Below, in pieces: positions 48,008 through 56,366 of a stretch of 64,000 nt of DNA. Made by a program: the position numbers and the translations under genes. Under the pieces are notes generated by a model. It made no database searches, had not been told where the DNA came from, and saw only the letters and a list, made by a program, of their open reading frames with translations. The stretch comes from Bacilli bacterium. Lineage in GTDB: Bacteria > Bacillota_I > Bacilli_A > RF39 > UBA660. Each line of letters opens with the position of its first letter. Position 1 is the stretch's first letter. The stretch spans positions 1,715 through 65,714 of the forward strand of contig JAFSEY010000009.1 in NCBI GenBank assembly GCA_017435485.1, written 5' to 3'.

Positions 48008-49127
48008 GAGCCACCTCTAATAATTTAGTTACTTCAGATTTAAATATATTAATAAACTCATTAAGTTCTTCTTTAGTAGTATTATAAGACAAACTAATTC
48101 TGATACTGCTTTTAGCTCTTTTTTCATCATTTGTTAAGGATAAAACGGACTTAGATAAAGAATTTGTACTTGAACATGCAGTTTGTGTAGAAATATATAT
48201 TTCATGTTTTTCTAAAGCATGAAGCAAGCTTTCTGGCTTTAATCCAATAACACTTAAATTAAGGATATGAGCTATGCATTTTTCATTACTATTTATTTTA
48301 ATATTTTCATTGAAAACTAATTCTTTTTGTAAATATTCATTTAATTTTTTTATTTGTTCATAACTTTCCAATTTTTCATATGCTAGGCGTAGTGCTTTAG
48401 CCATTGAAGCGATTAAAGCAACTGTTGGAGTTCCACTACGATATTTTGTGGTACTCTTTCCACCATGAATTAAAGGAATTATTTCAATACCTTCTTTTTT
48501 TATTAATCCTCCAATCCCTTTAATACCATAAAATTTATGAGCTGAAAAGCTAGCCAAATCAACATTAGTTAGATTAACTTCTATTTTTCCAACTATTTGT
48601 GTAATATCTGAGTGGAAAACAGCATTAGAATTTTCTTTAATTAATTTACCTATTTTATTAATTGGCTGAATAATACCTATTTCACTATTTACAGCACCAA
48701 CGCTAACCAAAATTGTATCTTTTCTTAATAATGACTTTAAATGTTCTAAATCAATAATGCCATTACTATCACTATCTACAAAGTCAACTTCGTATCCTAA
48801 TGTCTGAAGATAACCAATTGGACCATAAATTGATGAATGTTCAAAATTGGTTGTGATGATATGTTTACGATTAGGATGTTTTAAACAAATCCCCTTTATT
48901 GCCGTATTATTTGATTCACTTGATCCACTTGTATAAATAAGTTCATTTTCTTTAATATTTAATATGTTAGTAATTTGTTTAGTGGCTGCGTCAATTAAAT
49001 CTTTGCTTTTACTTCCTAAATCATGTAGCGAGTTTGGATTTCCTATAAATTCATTTGAAACTTTTAAAAATGTATCTAATACATCTTTATGCACTGGAGT
49101 TGTTGCTGAATAATCCAAATATATCAT
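47994..49127 (-). CDS. Cysteine desulfurase (class V aminotransferase, NifS/IscS-like)
   Basis: A PLP lysine (SFSAHKFYG), a His near the N-terminus (HSSIYGP), and an active-site Cys region (ISTQTACSS) are present. Confidence 0.8.
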   Translation of the reverse strand: MIYLDYSATTPVHKDVLDTFLKVSNEFIGNPNSLHDLGSKSKDLIDAATKQITNILNIKENELIYTSGSSESNNTAIKGICLKHPNRKHIITTNFEHSSIYGPIGYLQTLGYEVDFVDSDSNGIIDLEHLKSLLRKDTILVSVGAVNSEIGIIQPINKIGKLIKENSNAVFHSDITQIVGKIEVNLTNVDLASFSAHKFYGIKGIGGLIKKEGIEIIPLIHGGKSTTKYRSGTPTVALIASMAKALRLAYEKLESYEQIKKLNEYLQKELVFNENIKINSNEKCIAHILNLSVIGLKPESLLHALEKHEIYISTQTACSSTNSLSKSVLSLTNDEKRAKSSIRISLSYNTTKEELNEFINIFKSEVTKLLEVAHENN

Positions 49128-49234
49128 AATATCGCCTTCTTTTAATAAAATGTAATATTATTATACTATAAAATAGATTCTTTGTTAATAAATTTGACCA
49201 CAAAAAAACCCAATTAAGGGTATTTGTATAAAAA

Positions 49235-49666
49235 TTAATTTTCTCCAGTTTTTTCTTCAGTTTTTTCTTCAGTTTTTTCGCTATATGTTGCATCTTTAGC
49301 AGATTCTACAGCGGTTTTACAAGCTCCATCTTTTTTATTAGGATTAGTAATACAAGCTTGACATATTTTATAATCTTTTTCAACATCATCAAATCCTATT
49401 ACAATTCCAAAAATAAAACTTACTAAGAATGGTAGGAAAAATATTACTACTCCAGCAATAGCTCTTTTCACTAAAGAACTTGTAGCACTTTTAATTGCTT
49501 TATCATCATTAGCAACTACTGCCTTTCCTAAATCCATCATACCAAAAATAATTAATAATAGTGGAATTGCTATTTTAAATACATATAAAACATATCCAAC
49601 AAATTGCCAAATTGGTGAAGTTCTTGTACAAAACTGAGTAACTTCTGCAAGAATATTAAACATCAA
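49235..49666 (-). CDS. Small two-transmembrane protein, paralog of 20871..21248, with a C-terminal (EKTE)n repeat; last gene of the Tad-like locus
   Basis: DLGKAVVANDDKAIKSATSSLVKRAIAGVVIFFLPFLV aligns to both the 125-aa protein and the C-terminus of the 440-aa protein. The 3' end contains three 12-nt tandem repeats (cagttttttctt). Confidence 0.5.
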   Translation of the reverse strand: MMFNILAEVTQFCTRTSPIWQFVGYVLYVFKIAIPLLLIIFGMMDLGKAVVANDDKAIKSATSSLVKRAIAGVVIFFLPFLVSFIFGIVIGFDDVEKDYKICQACITNPNKKDGACKTAVESAKDATYSEKTEEKTEEKTGEN

Positions 49667-49723
49667 AATCTCTCCTTCTCTGCATATAATTTTAACTAAA
49701 TTATCTTATTTTGTCAATATATA

Positions 49724-50719
49724 TCACTTAAACAAGCCAAATAAACCACTTTTTCCCCCATTAGGATTCTTTAATTTGGCAAATCCTAGTGCTATTCCAA
49801 ATTCATCCATAACTTTATGATGATCTTTTTTATCATCGATATATGGTATGTTAAAGAAAACTTTACTATTACTTTCGTATTCAAAGTCACTAACATCCTT
49901 ATTACTTAAAATACTTCTATTTAAAACAATCTTTTTATCTTTTAATTTATCAAATATTTTTGGATCTTCTCTAATAAGCCTATTTAATTTTATGATTCCT
50001 GGTTCAATTAAATACACAACATCAGTACAACCAGTTTCGCTGCCATTATCTCCCAAGTCAACCAAAATAGCTTCTAGATCTTGATGCATTGCTACAAATG
50101 CAGCAAATTCCAGTGAGCTAATACTTTTTAAGGATTCATCCGAAAAGAAAGCAAAATCATTCTTATCAAGTTCAACAGCTACTACTTTATAAAATTGTTC
50201 TAAGTGTTTTTTTAACATATACACAAGTGTTGTTGATCCAGCATGAGAAGTAACATTTTTGAATCCAATTACTCTCGTCTTCATTGGACCAAAAACACCA
50301 CCTATACCATTCATATCTGGAACTTGAGATGCTACACCTTCCATATTATGATAACTTGCCACATCTTTATAAGTATTTGGATTATCAATTAAAAATTTAA
50401 TGGCATCTAGATTTCTAGTGAAATTATAGATTCCCATTGAAACTAGCTGTGATAAATACATTGGTGCATTAGCTTCTTCAGAATCATCTAATAAAATAAT
50501 AACTTTATTCATATCAAAACTAACAGATAACTCTTGAATAACCGCTATTTGTTTATAATCTTTTATTGCTGTAATATCTAAAATCATTTTATTATAAAAA
50601 AAATTATTAAATTGATTTGCTAATTCTCCTGGTGTAAATTCTCCATTAATACTTTTTATTACATCAATATCCAATGTTGATAACATGGCTTGGTATTTAT
50701 TTGAAACTATTACATTCAT
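49724..50719 (-). CDS. TadZ/CpaE-like protein (ParA/MinD-fold with a degenerate P-loop) candidate
   Basis: It is 331 aa. The degenerate segment GFKNVTSHAGSTTLVYML stands in the position of the MinD P-loop (Walker A). The N-terminal domain is receiver-like. It lies within the Tad-like locus. Confidence 0.35.
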   Translation of the reverse strand: MNVIVSNKYQAMLSTLDIDVIKSINGEFTPGELANQFNNFFYNKMILDITAIKDYKQIAVIQELSVSFDMNKVIILLDDSEEANAPMYLSQLVSMGIYNFTRNLDAIKFLIDNPNTYKDVASYHNMEGVASQVPDMNGIGGVFGPMKTRVIGFKNVTSHAGSTTLVYMLKKHLEQFYKVVAVELDKNDFAFFSDESLKSISSLEFAAFVAMHQDLEAILVDLGDNGSETGCTDVVYLIEPGIIKLNRLIREDPKIFDKLKDKKIVLNRSILSNKDVSDFEYESNSKVFFNIPYIDDKKDHHKVMDEFGIALGFAKLKNPNGGKSGLFGLFK

Positions 50720-50731
50720 TATTATCCCTCT

Positions 50732-51217
50732 TTAATCAAAAAAATCCTCTCTATCAATCATATCAGTAGTTTTACCTTTAACTCTAAAAGTAGCTATATT
50801 TCCAATAATTGGAAGATTAAACCGATAAAATAAGGTTACTTCATAATTAACTCTTGTTAAAGTATCTTTGAAACCTTCTTTTCGTTCTTGTTCTATACAA
50901 AATAGATATCTATCACCCTCATTAGCTACATTCGGATTTGCAGCAAGATTATCTACAGCTAACATAGGATTTTCTACAGGATTTTCATCATCAAAACATG
51001 TTCCTGTGGTTGTATAATTAGAATTTCTTAAAAAATTATTTATTAACGTAGATGAAGTATCATTATATCCCCGATATTTTTCTAAAATAGAAATAACTTC
51101 ATTTTTCATTGAAAAAACTTTTGAGTAAGATATAGTTAAGGTTAAGAAAGCTACAAATAATAATATGAATCCAATCATTAATTGCAACGTCCACGTTGAT
51201 CCATAAACATCTTTCAT
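50732..51217 (-). CDS. TadE/TadF-like pseudopilin
   Basis: It is 161 aa with the short leader MKDVYG followed by a single N-terminal transmembrane helix. Confidence 0.45.
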   Translation of the reverse strand: MKDVYGSTWTLQLMIGFILLFVAFLTLTISYSKVFSMKNEVISILEKYRGYNDTSSTLINNFLRNSNYTTTGTCFDDENPVENPMLAVDNLAANPNVANEGDRYLFCIEQERKEGFKDTLTRVNYEVTLFYRFNLPIIGNIATFRVKGKTTDMIDREDFFD

Positions 51218-51227
51218 ATCTTACCTC

Positions 51228-51701
51228 CTATATCATCGGTTTAGTATCACCTTTTATACTCAAATTAAATATAGTTCTAACTAATGGTATTTCTAGATGG
51301 TAAAATGTTATAACTTGGTAATAATACCTTGGTGCTCCTAGAGCACTAGCTGTTTCCACTCTTCTTACACAAAAAGCTGAATTTGTATCTGATAAATTAC
51401 CTTGTTCATCAAATCCTGTCCATCCAGGTCCATATTCTTCTTCAAATCTAGTACAATCACCATTGATTCTATATCCTACTTCGGCTAGTTCAGCGGTAAC
51501 TTCATCGATAAAGTTTATATCATCCGCTAAATCTGCAACACTGCTCATTCCAGACCCATTTCGTTCTAATATTCTTATTAAACTATTTTTGACATTAAAC
51601 GCTTTAGTCTGATTTATTGATAAACACATATATCCAGCAAATAAAATAACAAAAAAGATTACTATCATGAATAACCAATTACCACCTATGGCTTCTTTCA
51701 T
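51228..51701 (-). CDS. TadE/TadF-like pseudopilin (paralog)
   Basis: It is 157 aa with the leader MKEAIGG followed by a transmembrane helix. It shares the ...TFYHLEIPL / ...TLFYRFNLPI C-terminal motif with the neighbouring gene. Confidence 0.45.
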   Translation of the reverse strand: MKEAIGGNWLFMIVIFFVILFAGYMCLSINQTKAFNVKNSLIRILERNGSGMSSVADLADDINFIDEVTAELAEVGYRINGDCTRFEEEYGPGWTGFDEQGNLSDTNSAFCVRRVETASALGAPRYYYQVITFYHLEIPLVRTIFNLSIKGDTKPMI

Positions 51702-51712
51702 TTGCGTATCAC

Positions 51713-51940
51713 CTAACCTTTATTTACACAATCAAAATGTTCAGATGGATTGCTTTCCATATAGCAATCACATATATCATCAGTAATATCACAAGTACAA
51801 ATTGCATCACTACAATTTGCTGAATTATGTAATCCAGATTTTATTACTGGCCATATTACCATAGAAAAAAGAGCCACTAGACCAGCTACGGCTAAAACTA
51901 TTATAACAGTCAAATTAAGTTCACTAATGGCTTGTTTCAT
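51713..51940 (-). CDS. Flp/type IV pilin-like small protein with a Cys-rich C-terminus
   Basis: It is 75 aa. The prepilin-like N-terminus MKQAIS-ELNLTVIIVLAVAGLVALF is followed by eight Cys residues in the last 40 aa. Confidence 0.45.
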   Translation of the reverse strand: MKQAISELNLTVIIVLAVAGLVALFSMVIWPVIKSGLHNSANCSDAICTCDITDDICDCYMESNPSEHFDCVNKG

Positions 51941-51949
51941 TTGTTAATC

Positions 51950-52225
51950 CTATTCCTCAGTACAATTACGTTGATAAGTTTTTCCTTGATATTCAACTGT
52001 ACAAGTAAAATCTATACATTGAACATCAGCTTCAGCATCATTAGCTCCACCTATTATTTGGTCAGAAGTATAGTTACCACTTGAATTAACATTACTACAC
52101 GCAGAGCTTAAAATTAAATTAGCTTGAATATTAGGCCATACAAACATAGTAAATAATAAACCTACTGCAGCTATTGCTACAACAGTAATAACAGTCATGT
52201 TTAATTCTCCAGTTGCTTCTTTCAT
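51950..52225 (-). CDS. Flp/type IV pilin-like small protein with a Cys-rich C-terminus (paralog)
   Basis: It is 91 aa with the N-terminus MKEATG-ELNMTVITVVAIAAVGLLF and six Cys residues. Confidence 0.45.
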   Translation of the reverse strand: MKEATGELNMTVITVVAIAAVGLLFTMFVWPNIQANLILSSACSNVNSSGNYTSDQIIGGANDAEADVQCIDFTCTVEYQGKTYQRNCTEE

Positions 52226-52305
52226 TTATAAATCATCTCCTATTTTTATTTATATTTTTATTATACATATTTTTTCTGTTAATATCAATATTTTTAAAAT
52301 TACTT

Positions 52306-53094
52306 TTACATATTCATCATTTGTAAAACTGCTAACACAAGTAAAATCATAACCCCTACTCCAGTAGTTACTAACATTTGCATTGTTTTACTTTCCATTT
52401 TTTCTAATCGTTCTTTATATCTAGTCTCTCTGGCTTTTTGTTGAAGATTGGAAATGGTTTTAGAGAAAGTCATCAATTGTTCTTGTTTTCTTTCTTGTCT
52501 ACCTAAACTCAAACGATATAACAAACGCATCATACGCATTGAGTCTCTAACTGGATAGTTTCTAGCAAAATCCATATAAGGGTCAATTGTATCGTTACCA
52601 GCATTAATTTCATTAATCATTTGTTGAAGTCCATCTTTAAATATTGATGGAGCATCATTCATTGATTTACCTATTGCTACAGGTACTGTATAGTGTTGAA
52701 TTAATATCTCTAAACTTTTTAAATAATATGGTAACATTGAGTCGATTTTATGCAAATGTGCTTTATGATAATTTTTGATAGATAAATAATCCCATTTAAA
52801 AATTGCAAATGCTCCAATTAAAGCTATAATAACAGAAATTGCTGTTATATTTTTTAACATAAATAACATGATCAAGATAAAGATTAAAAAAGCATTTTTA
52901 ATTCTTTTAGAAAATAATATATCAGGACTTACTCCATCTCCATATTTTGCTCTAACAAAGAAATCCCAATCGTCTTCTTTTAATCTTCTAAATAACATTT
53001 CATTGTCAGCGAATAGTTTATTTAAATCAAGTCTTCCCGTATAACTCATTATAAAGAAAACTATTACTGCTATTATTATTATTTCTATTTGCAT
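52306..53094 (-). CDS. TadC-like (T2SS F-domain) inner-membrane platform protein
   Basis: It is 262 aa with two N-terminal and one or two C-terminal transmembrane helices and a central cytoplasmic domain. It is positioned after the tadB-like gene. Confidence 0.5.
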   Translation of the reverse strand: MQIEIIIIAVIVFFIMSYTGRLDLNKLFADNEMLFRRLKEDDWDFFVRAKYGDGVSPDILFSKRIKNAFLIFILIMLFMLKNITAISVIIALIGAFAIFKWDYLSIKNYHKAHLHKIDSMLPYYLKSLEILIQHYTVPVAIGKSMNDAPSIFKDGLQQMINEINAGNDTIDPYMDFARNYPVRDSMRMMRLLYRLSLGRQERKQEQLMTFSKTISNLQQKARETRYKERLEKMESKTMQMLVTTGVGVMILLVLAVLQMMNM

Positions 53095-53987
53095 TATTCA
53101 ACCCCCACATCTTCATTATAATATTTAACACCTTTTATTAAGAATATAGCGTTAATTATTATAATTGCATGAAGTATTAATTTTACGTACCAATCTTTTA
53201 ATAAGTCAACGTAGTTTTCACTTCCTAATAAAAATTGCATAACTAAAACTAGTAAAAATAACACAAAACCAAATGTTAAAAATTTACGATAAAAGGTTTT
53301 ACGATCCATCTGATCACGATAAACCCCTTCTACTAATGTATCGATGTCCATTGCCATATTTTCTAAAGATTCTCCTGAATCTCTCGCACCTTCTTTGGTA
53401 ATTTGCAAAAATAATTGATGCATATTTTTTACCATATAAAATGGATATTTATTATTAAAATATTCAATTGATTCATCGATAGTACCATTTTTATAAGACA
53501 TATCAATCATGATTTTTAAGTCTTTTAGAACTGGATCTTCAATTATCCCAGAGTCTCTAACACCTTCCAGTGATTTAACAAAACTTTGTGTTGTATTAAA
53601 TTCCATTATTACGTTAGTAGTATAAACCTGAATTTGCTCAAATATATATTCACTATATAATCGTTGACTTCTTAAATATGCTAAATAAGGAATAAAAGCA
53701 ATAGCTACTCCAGCATAGACCAAAGCCCATATAATACTATAGAAGTAAAAATATGCAATTCCTCCAGCTAATCCCCCAAATAAAACTACTTGTAATAAAT
53801 ATTGTTTTTTAGTATATTGAAATCCTAATTCTTTGGTTTTTTGATTAACTTCTTTAAAAGTATATGGAGCATATTTTTCATATACACCAACAGCTTTTTG
53901 AGCAGCCTCTTTGTATGCTTGTTGTCCATTACCAGTTCGATAAAGTATAACAAAAATAGCGATTGCTAGTAATAAAATAAGCTCCAT
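53094..53987 (-). CDS. TadB-like (T2SS F-domain) inner-membrane platform protein
   Basis: It is 297 aa and lies immediately downstream of the CpaF/TadA ATPase gene. Its transmembrane pattern resembles that of the GspF family. Confidence 0.5.
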   Translation of the reverse strand: MELILLLAIAIFVILYRTGNGQQAYKEAAQKAVGVYEKYAPYTFKEVNQKTKELGFQYTKKQYLLQVVLFGGLAGGIAYFYFYSIIWALVYAGVAIAFIPYLAYLRSQRLYSEYIFEQIQVYTTNVIMEFNTTQSFVKSLEGVRDSGIIEDPVLKDLKIMIDMSYKNGTIDESIEYFNNKYPFYMVKNMHQLFLQITKEGARDSGESLENMAMDIDTLVEGVYRDQMDRKTFYRKFLTFGFVLFLLVLVMQFLLGSENYVDLLKDWYVKLILHAIIIINAIFLIKGVKYYNEDVGVE

Positions 53988-54002
53988 TTATATACCTTCT
54001 TT

Positions 54003-55109
54003 CTATAATGACTCTATTGCTAAATTATCTTGCTCAATTTGTGATTCACTTGTTGTAATATGAAGAGGATTTTCTTCTAAAATAACTCCTTGTGCTCCCA
54101 TATATCTTCTCAAATATTCAGTTGGATTATTAAAAGAGATTGTTCCATCTAAACCTTTTTTAAACAATATATTTGAGCCGGCTTCATTGTTATCATCAAC
54201 AAAAAATTCACAAACTTCAACAATCTCACGTTGAAATCTTCCTAATTCTTTACTTAAATATCCTTTCACATGCACACCAATTTGAACATATCGATGAATT
54301 GATTTTAAAAATTGATCAATATCTTGATTACTTTCTAATAAACTGTACATACGCATTGGAATATTTTTAGCACTATCCGAGTGGATAGTTGATATAATAT
54401 TATGTCCTGATGAAATTGAGTTTCTTACGGCCATTACGGCTTCCCCACTACGAACTTCTGATAATAAAATCCAACGAGGGTTTTGACGCATACAAGTAAC
54501 TAATACATCAGAATATGATGCAATATTATTTGTTTTCATTGCGACAATATCACGCATAGGAAATATTTTATCTAAGTGAAGTTCTAATGTATCTTCAATT
54601 GTTATTATTTTTTCATTTTCTTTTGTGTTACTAGCTAGATATTTTACTAATTCTGTTTTACCAGAACCAGTTTCTCCACTAACAATAATGTTACAATGTC
54701 CTAAAACACATTGTATCAAGAAATTATGTAATTCCTCAGTGACATATTTTTCATCTAATAATTTTTCTTTATTCAATCTAATTTTGGCAGGAGTTTTACG
54801 AATAACCAAGGCTGTTCCATTCGTTGCAATCGAATCATGAACGAAATTCATACGAAGTTCAGCACTTTCAGCATCTAAAAAAGGATGCGCCATATTAAAC
54901 GTTTTACCCATAACATTAGCACATTGAAACGCTAATTTATCAATTAGGGGATCATTTATTTCTGGTCTTTCAACTTTATAAACACCTTTGTCTAAAGACT
55001 TTAACCAAATTTGCCCCCCATTGGTATATGAAACGTCTGTTATATTGTCATCCTCTAAAAACTCTTTTAATGGACCAAAATCGATTTGAGAAAAAATTGC
55101 ATCTCTCAT
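54003..55109 (-). CDS. CpaF/TadA-family secretion ATPase (VirB11-like)
   Basis: It has a Walker A motif (VSGETGSGKTEL), an Asp box (IITIEDTLELHL), a Walker B motif (RWILLSEVRSGEA) and a His box (ISTIHSDSA). Confidence 0.8.
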   Translation of the reverse strand: MRDAIFSQIDFGPLKEFLEDDNITDVSYTNGGQIWLKSLDKGVYKVERPEINDPLIDKLAFQCANVMGKTFNMAHPFLDAESAELRMNFVHDSIATNGTALVIRKTPAKIRLNKEKLLDEKYVTEELHNFLIQCVLGHCNIIVSGETGSGKTELVKYLASNTKENEKIITIEDTLELHLDKIFPMRDIVAMKTNNIASYSDVLVTCMRQNPRWILLSEVRSGEAVMAVRNSISSGHNIISTIHSDSAKNIPMRMYSLLESNQDIDQFLKSIHRYVQIGVHVKGYLSKELGRFQREIVEVCEFFVDDNNEAGSNILFKKGLDGTISFNNPTEYLRRYMGAQGVILEENPLHITTSESQIEQDNLAIESL

Positions 55110-55124
55110 GGTCTTACCTCTTTT

Positions 55125-55922
55125 TTAATTTCCTACTGCTGCAGATCCTGCTTCAATCATATTTTTTAAATATAAATTTACGATATTTTCTTTTTTATCC
55201 GTAACTTCTGAATATGGAATTTCTTTTGGAACTGGAATAAGTTTAAAATCATATGCACTTACTAAAGTTGCTTTTGTTAATAATTCAAAATTTTCTTTAG
55301 ATACAACAGTAATAATATATTTTGGTGATGTACCTTCTTCACCTGCAGTAGTACTCCATTTAGTATCTACTACATCAATAACTTCTAAATTTTCCATAAA
55401 TGGTGCAAAGATTACTTTTCCAGCTTCGTCTTTTCCCTGTAGATACAAATCAATTGCATTACCTGGTGCAATCGAATTACCATGTGTTGTATCTAAGTTA
55501 ACATCTAGCATAAATAATTTATAATCTTTTTTTAAATTCTTATATAATTTTTGATCAGCTTTTTCTGATTTAGCAATTAAATCATCTTTGCATAGAAGTG
55601 ATCCTTCTGTTAAGCTATGATCAAAGTTTACAAAGAAGAATTCGTTATTTCCATCTTTTATTTGACTTATATTCGTAACCAAATTTTTATAAGTTTCTGT
55701 TAATTTTTTATTAATAGTAACTTTCCCTAACATATCTTCAGTTAATTGAGTATTGCTTTCAACGTTTTGTTTAACATAGTACACTTGAACTGTTGCAACA
55801 CTTTGATTTACACGATAATTATATCCAACATATAATACTATGATTCCAGCTAAAACTCCTAAGATAGTCACGGTGTTTTTATTGGCTATAAATCCTTTTA
55901 AATTATTTAATAAATTCCCCAT
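55125..55922 (-). CDS. CpaB/RcpC-like pilus assembly protein (SAF domain)
   Basis: It has an N-terminal transmembrane segment (TVTILGVLAGIIVLYV) followed by a SAF-like region, VATVQVYYVKQNVESNTQLTEDMLGKV. Confidence 0.55.
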   Translation of the reverse strand: MGNLLNNLKGFIANKNTVTILGVLAGIIVLYVGYNYRVNQSVATVQVYYVKQNVESNTQLTEDMLGKVTINKKLTETYKNLVTNISQIKDGNNEFFFVNFDHSLTEGSLLCKDDLIAKSEKADQKLYKNLKKDYKLFMLDVNLDTTHGNSIAPGNAIDLYLQGKDEAGKVIFAPFMENLEVIDVVDTKWSTTAGEEGTSPKYIITVVSKENFELLTKATLVSAYDFKLIPVPKEIPYSEVTDKKENIVNLYLKNMIEAGSAAVGN

Positions 55923-55934
55923 AATTATTCCTTT

Positions 55935-56351
55935 CTAACTTTCTTCAAATTCTCCATGATTTAAAACAGCATCAATTTTTTCAACAATATCAAAACTTTC
56001 AGCATCTCCCATTACATTAAAGGAATTTGATTGACTTGAAACTTTTACACTAACTTTAGGAGGAGCTTCATATATATCATAAAATTCAATAGTATAAGTA
56101 CTACTTAATGATACAGAATCAGCAAATCTTCTTATGAAAGATTCTATAAACTTCTCTTTGTTAATTCTTATTTCTTTCCAATCACGATAATAAGTATAAT
56201 CAATAGCATCTAACATAGAAGCTTGAGCTATTTCCTTTACTAGGTAATAATCTTGACTTTTTGTTGTTGTAATATTGTTTACTATCATCATAACAACAAC
56301 AATAAATATACCTAATAAAACTAACCAATAACCCCAGTAGGTATCTTTCAT
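55935..56351 (-). CDS. TadE-like pseudopilin (third copy)
   Basis: It is 138 aa with the leader MKDTYWGYW followed by a transmembrane helix. Confidence 0.4.
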   Translation of the reverse strand: MKDTYWGYWLVLLGIFIVVVMMIVNNITTTKSQDYYLVKEIAQASMLDAIDYTYYRDWKEIRINKEKFIESFIRRFADSVSLSSTYTIEFYDIYEAPPKVSVKVSSQSNSFNVMGDAESFDIVEKIDAVLNHGEFEES

Positions 56352-56366
56352 TTTTATACACTCCTT

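Noticed and set aside
49087-49293. The 68-aa ORF between the cysteine desulfurase and the pilin-like paralog
   Set aside because: It overlaps the 3' ends of both flanking genes in a different frame, and its composition is low-complexity Lys/Leu. It is most likely spurious.
51713-52225. Interpreting the two Cys-rich small proteins as bacteriocin or lantibiotic precursors
   Set aside because: They have Cys-rich tails, but each also has a 20-aa transmembrane-like hydrophobic helix directly after a 6-aa leader, and both sit between the tadC-like gene and TadE-like genes. The Flp-pilin interpretation fits better, and no lanthionine synthetase or processing ABC protease genes are nearby.
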